Assembly: GCA_016199125.1 (NCBI GenBank) | Contig: JACQHH010000181.1 | Coordinates: 1-41,404, forward strand | Direction of reading: 5' to 3' | From: Candidatus Lambdaproteobacteria bacterium | Lineage (GTDB): Bacteria; SAR324; JACQKK01 | DNA length: 41,404 nucleotides | Shown here: in pieces, positions 39,608-41,404 of the stretch | How the letters are laid out: each line of letters begins with the position of its first letter | Position numbering within the stretch: the stretch's first letter is position 1 | Translations under genes and position numbers: made by a program | Notes under the pieces: generated by a model | Told to the model about the DNA's origin: nothing | Databases searched by the model: none | What the model saw: the letters and a program-made list of their open reading frames with translations, nothing else

Positions 39608-39729
39608 TTCTTACTCGCGGTATGGATGAGCAGCCGAGGCGGCGTGAGGGCGCGGTGGCGACAACGGGTCGCACGGCCACGGTTCCATCGTTCCACATCT
39701 GCATTACGAATGGTGCGCGCCCAGGGGTA

Positions 39730-39772
39730 CATGACAATTGTCATGGCGCCCCCCCTGGCCGCACCGCATGAT
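39730..39772 (+). promoter_or_regulatory. Crp/Fnr-type box plus -10 element for the heme-copper oxidoreductase operon
   Basis: Perfect 16-bp palindrome CATGACAATTGTCATG (core ATGAC-AATT-GTCAT, 39731-39744), 22-bp gap, CATGAT (39767-39772). Confidence 0.7.
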
Positions 39773-39843
39773 GCACCTGACCGCTGTGCCGCGCCAGGCG
39801 GCAGGTGTTCGACAATGTCAACCCGCGAATCAAAGGGATAGCC

Positions 39844-40008
39844 ATGAGCGCAAGCCCTGACTCCAGAAACGAGCGAGTGCCGTTCATGCAGCAACTGTTC
39901 GACAGCCCGTTCCTGCTGCTCATTGCCGGGCTGGTGGTGATGTTCATCTTCTTTACGGGCTGGGGATTGGTGGAAATCTTCTCCCTGCCGCCCGCCACAT
40001 TGCCCTGA
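39844..40008 (+). CDS. Small single-TM subunit of the heme-copper oxidoreductase (subunit IIa-like)
   Basis: 54 aa, 'PFMQQLFDSPFLLLIAGLVVMFIFFTGWGLVEI', immediately before a one-TM subunit II as in B-family operons. Confidence 0.7.
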   Translation: MSASPDSRNERVPFMQQLFDSPFLLLIAGLVVMFIFFTGWGLVEIFSLPPATLP

Positions 40009-40028
40009 CCGTAAACTAGGAGGCACCA

Positions 40029-40568
40029 ATGCCGATGCATTCGGGTATCGTCTCACCCCAGGGCGTCTGGTGGAAGCCCGTGGGCAAGCAGGAAAAAATC
40101 TGGGTCACCGTGGCCTTCATCTGGTGCATGGTGCTCTTTGCCATGATGCCCTTCTGGCACTTCAAGGGCGGCCAGAACCCCTCCGGCACCCGCAGCCGCG
40201 TGGAGCCGGCAGCCTATTTCGAGCGCGTCAACCGCTTCGTCGAAGACTACAAGGTCGGCGAGGAGAATGGCGTGCCCATCGTGGAACCGCCGCCGGGCAG
40301 CGAGGTGTACCTGTTGGCGCGCATGTGGCAATGGTATCCCATCCTCAAGCTCAAGCAGGGAGCCACCTACACGTTGCACCTCTCGTCGCTGGACCTGAAC
40401 CACGGCTTCAGCCTGTACCCGGTCAACATCAACTTCCAGGTCATCCCGGGCTACGACTATGGGCTGCAGATGACACCCAACCGTTCAGGTGATTTTCGCA
40501 TCGTCTGCAACGAATTCTGTGGGATTGGCCACCACTTGATGGTGGGCAAAGTCCTCGTCGAACCGTAG
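40029..40568 (+). CDS. Heme-copper oxidoreductase subunit II with CuA site (B-family type, single TM)
   Basis: DLNHGF and CNEFCGIGHHLM (H...CxExCxxxHxxM). AGGAGG RBS. Confidence 0.93.
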   Translation: MPMHSGIVSPQGVWWKPVGKQEKIWVTVAFIWCMVLFAMMPFWHFKGGQNPSGTRSRVEPAAYFERVNRFVEDYKVGEENGVPIVEPPPGSEVYLLARMWQWYPILKLKQGATYTLHLSSLDLNHGFSLYPVNINFQVIPGYDYGLQMTPNRSGDFRIVCNEFCGIGHHLMVGKVLVEP

Positions 40569-40613
40569 TCAACCCTTGCTCCGCAACGGAGCCCCCATTT
40601 CAGGAGGCATTCG

Positions 40614-41404
40614 ATGAGCGTTGCCCAAAGCGCAGCCGCACCAGGCCTGTTCCGCACATGCCCGGTGACGACGCTCAAGATTCACCGCAGCGCCGAAACG
40701 CTGATCAAGGTCAATGCGGTGGTGGCAGTGGTCGCGTTTCTGATCGGCGTCTCTGCCGCCATTCTGCTCGTTTTGACCCGCTGGCAGGTCGTGCACCTGC
40801 TGCCGGCCGACTGGTATTACCGCATCTTGACGGCCCACGGCCTCAACATGCTGATTTTCTTCATCCTGTTCTTCGAGATGGCGGTGCTCTACTTTGCCGG
40901 GCCCGTCCTGCTCAACAGCCGTCTGCCCGCGCCCTGGGCCGGCTGGCTGGCCTTCGGGCTGATGGTGGTGGGGGCCGCGATGGTGGAGGTGATGGTCTTC
41001 ACCGGGCGCGCCGACGTGCTGTTCACCTCATACGTGCCGTTGAAGGCCCATCCCAACTACTACCTGGGGATCATCCTCTTCGCCGTGGGCGCGCTGATCG
41101 TCACGATCCTGTTCCTGGCCACGCTGGTCGTGGCCAAGCGCGAGAAAACCTACACGGGCTCCATGCCGCTGGTGACCTTCGGCGCTCTCACGGCCGATAT
41201 CATCGCGATCGTCACGCTGCTGCACGGCGCGGCCATCTACATCCCCACCTGGCTGTGGTCCATGGGGCTGATGAACGTGGACCCGGAGGTCTACCGCATG
41301 GTGTGGTGGGCCCTGGGTCACGCCTCGCAGCAGATCAACGTGGCCGCCATGGTCTCCATCTGGTACCTCATGGCCGGGTTCACGGTGGGCGGCGTGGTGC
41401 TCAA
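40614..41404 (+). CDS. Heme-copper oxidoreductase subunit I, B-family derived, eNOR-like nitric oxide reductase (truncated by the window end)
   Basis: Missing from the ORF track because it has no stop. AGGAGG RBS, ATG 40614, open to the end. YYRILTAHG (low-spin heme His), LFTSYVPL, helix VI WWALGHASQQ (His codon 41319, Gln at the H+4 Tyr position). Confidence 0.88.
   Translation, partial: MSVAQSAAAPGLFRTCPVTTLKIHRSAETLIKVNAVVAVVAFLIGVSAAILLVLTRWQVVHLLPADWYYRILTAHGLNMLIFFILFFEMAVLYFAGPVLLNSRLPAPWAGWLAFGLMVVGAAMVEVMVFTGRADVLFTSYVPLKAHPNYYLGIILFAVGALIVTILFLATLVVAKREKTYTGSMPLVTFGALTADIIAIVTLLHGAAIYIPTWLWSMGLMNVDPEVYRMVWWALGHASQQINVAAMVSIWYLMAGFTVGGVVL

Noticed and set aside
40614-41404. Conventional aa3/ba3/cbb3 oxygen reductase, or cNOR/qNOR
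   Set aside because: It lacks HPxVY. It has a CuA subunit II rather than cytochrome c subunits, and lacks the HLWVEG motif of cNOR/qNOR.

Overview
High-GC bacterial chromosomal window with three parts. (1) 1-17.8 kb, all minus strand: a Liv-type (HAAT) ABC operon ending in a degenerate acyl-CoA-ligase-like gene, a luciferase-like monooxygenase, a DUF4286-like protein, a PilZ protein, a Dpp/Opp ABC system, an MFS transporter and a small MmpS-like lipoprotein. (2) 18-33.8 kb: two glycosyltransferases flanking tRNA-Val(GAC), then a second Liv-type ABC operon with an intact acyl-CoA ligase, SCP2-type thiolase, family III CoA-transferase and SDR, plus a convergent acyl-CoA dehydrogenase. This looks like uptake and beta-oxidation of an unknown carboxylic acid. 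(3) 34-41.4 kb: a respiratory locus. It holds a B-family-derived heme-copper oxidoreductase whose cross-link Tyr position is Gln (HASQQ, eNOR-like NO reductase), a CuA subunit II, a small subunit and Sco. It also holds a cytochrome b + 2x[4Fe-4S] + MvhD-like [2Fe-2S] fusion with a coupled exported partner, DUF2249, DoxX and a Cys-poor Crp/Fnr regulator. Three promoters in this locus share an ATGAY-N4-GTCAT box exactly 22 bp upstream of a -10-like hexamer, a candidate regulon read directly from sequence. The window also carries five ~150-175 bp MITE-like elements with related 15-bp terminal inverted repeats. They sit on stop codons and carry two different REP-like palindromic cargoes; one has been read into a protein C-terminus via an apparent TAG>CAG change. 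All calls are from motif reading by eye; no database searches were run.
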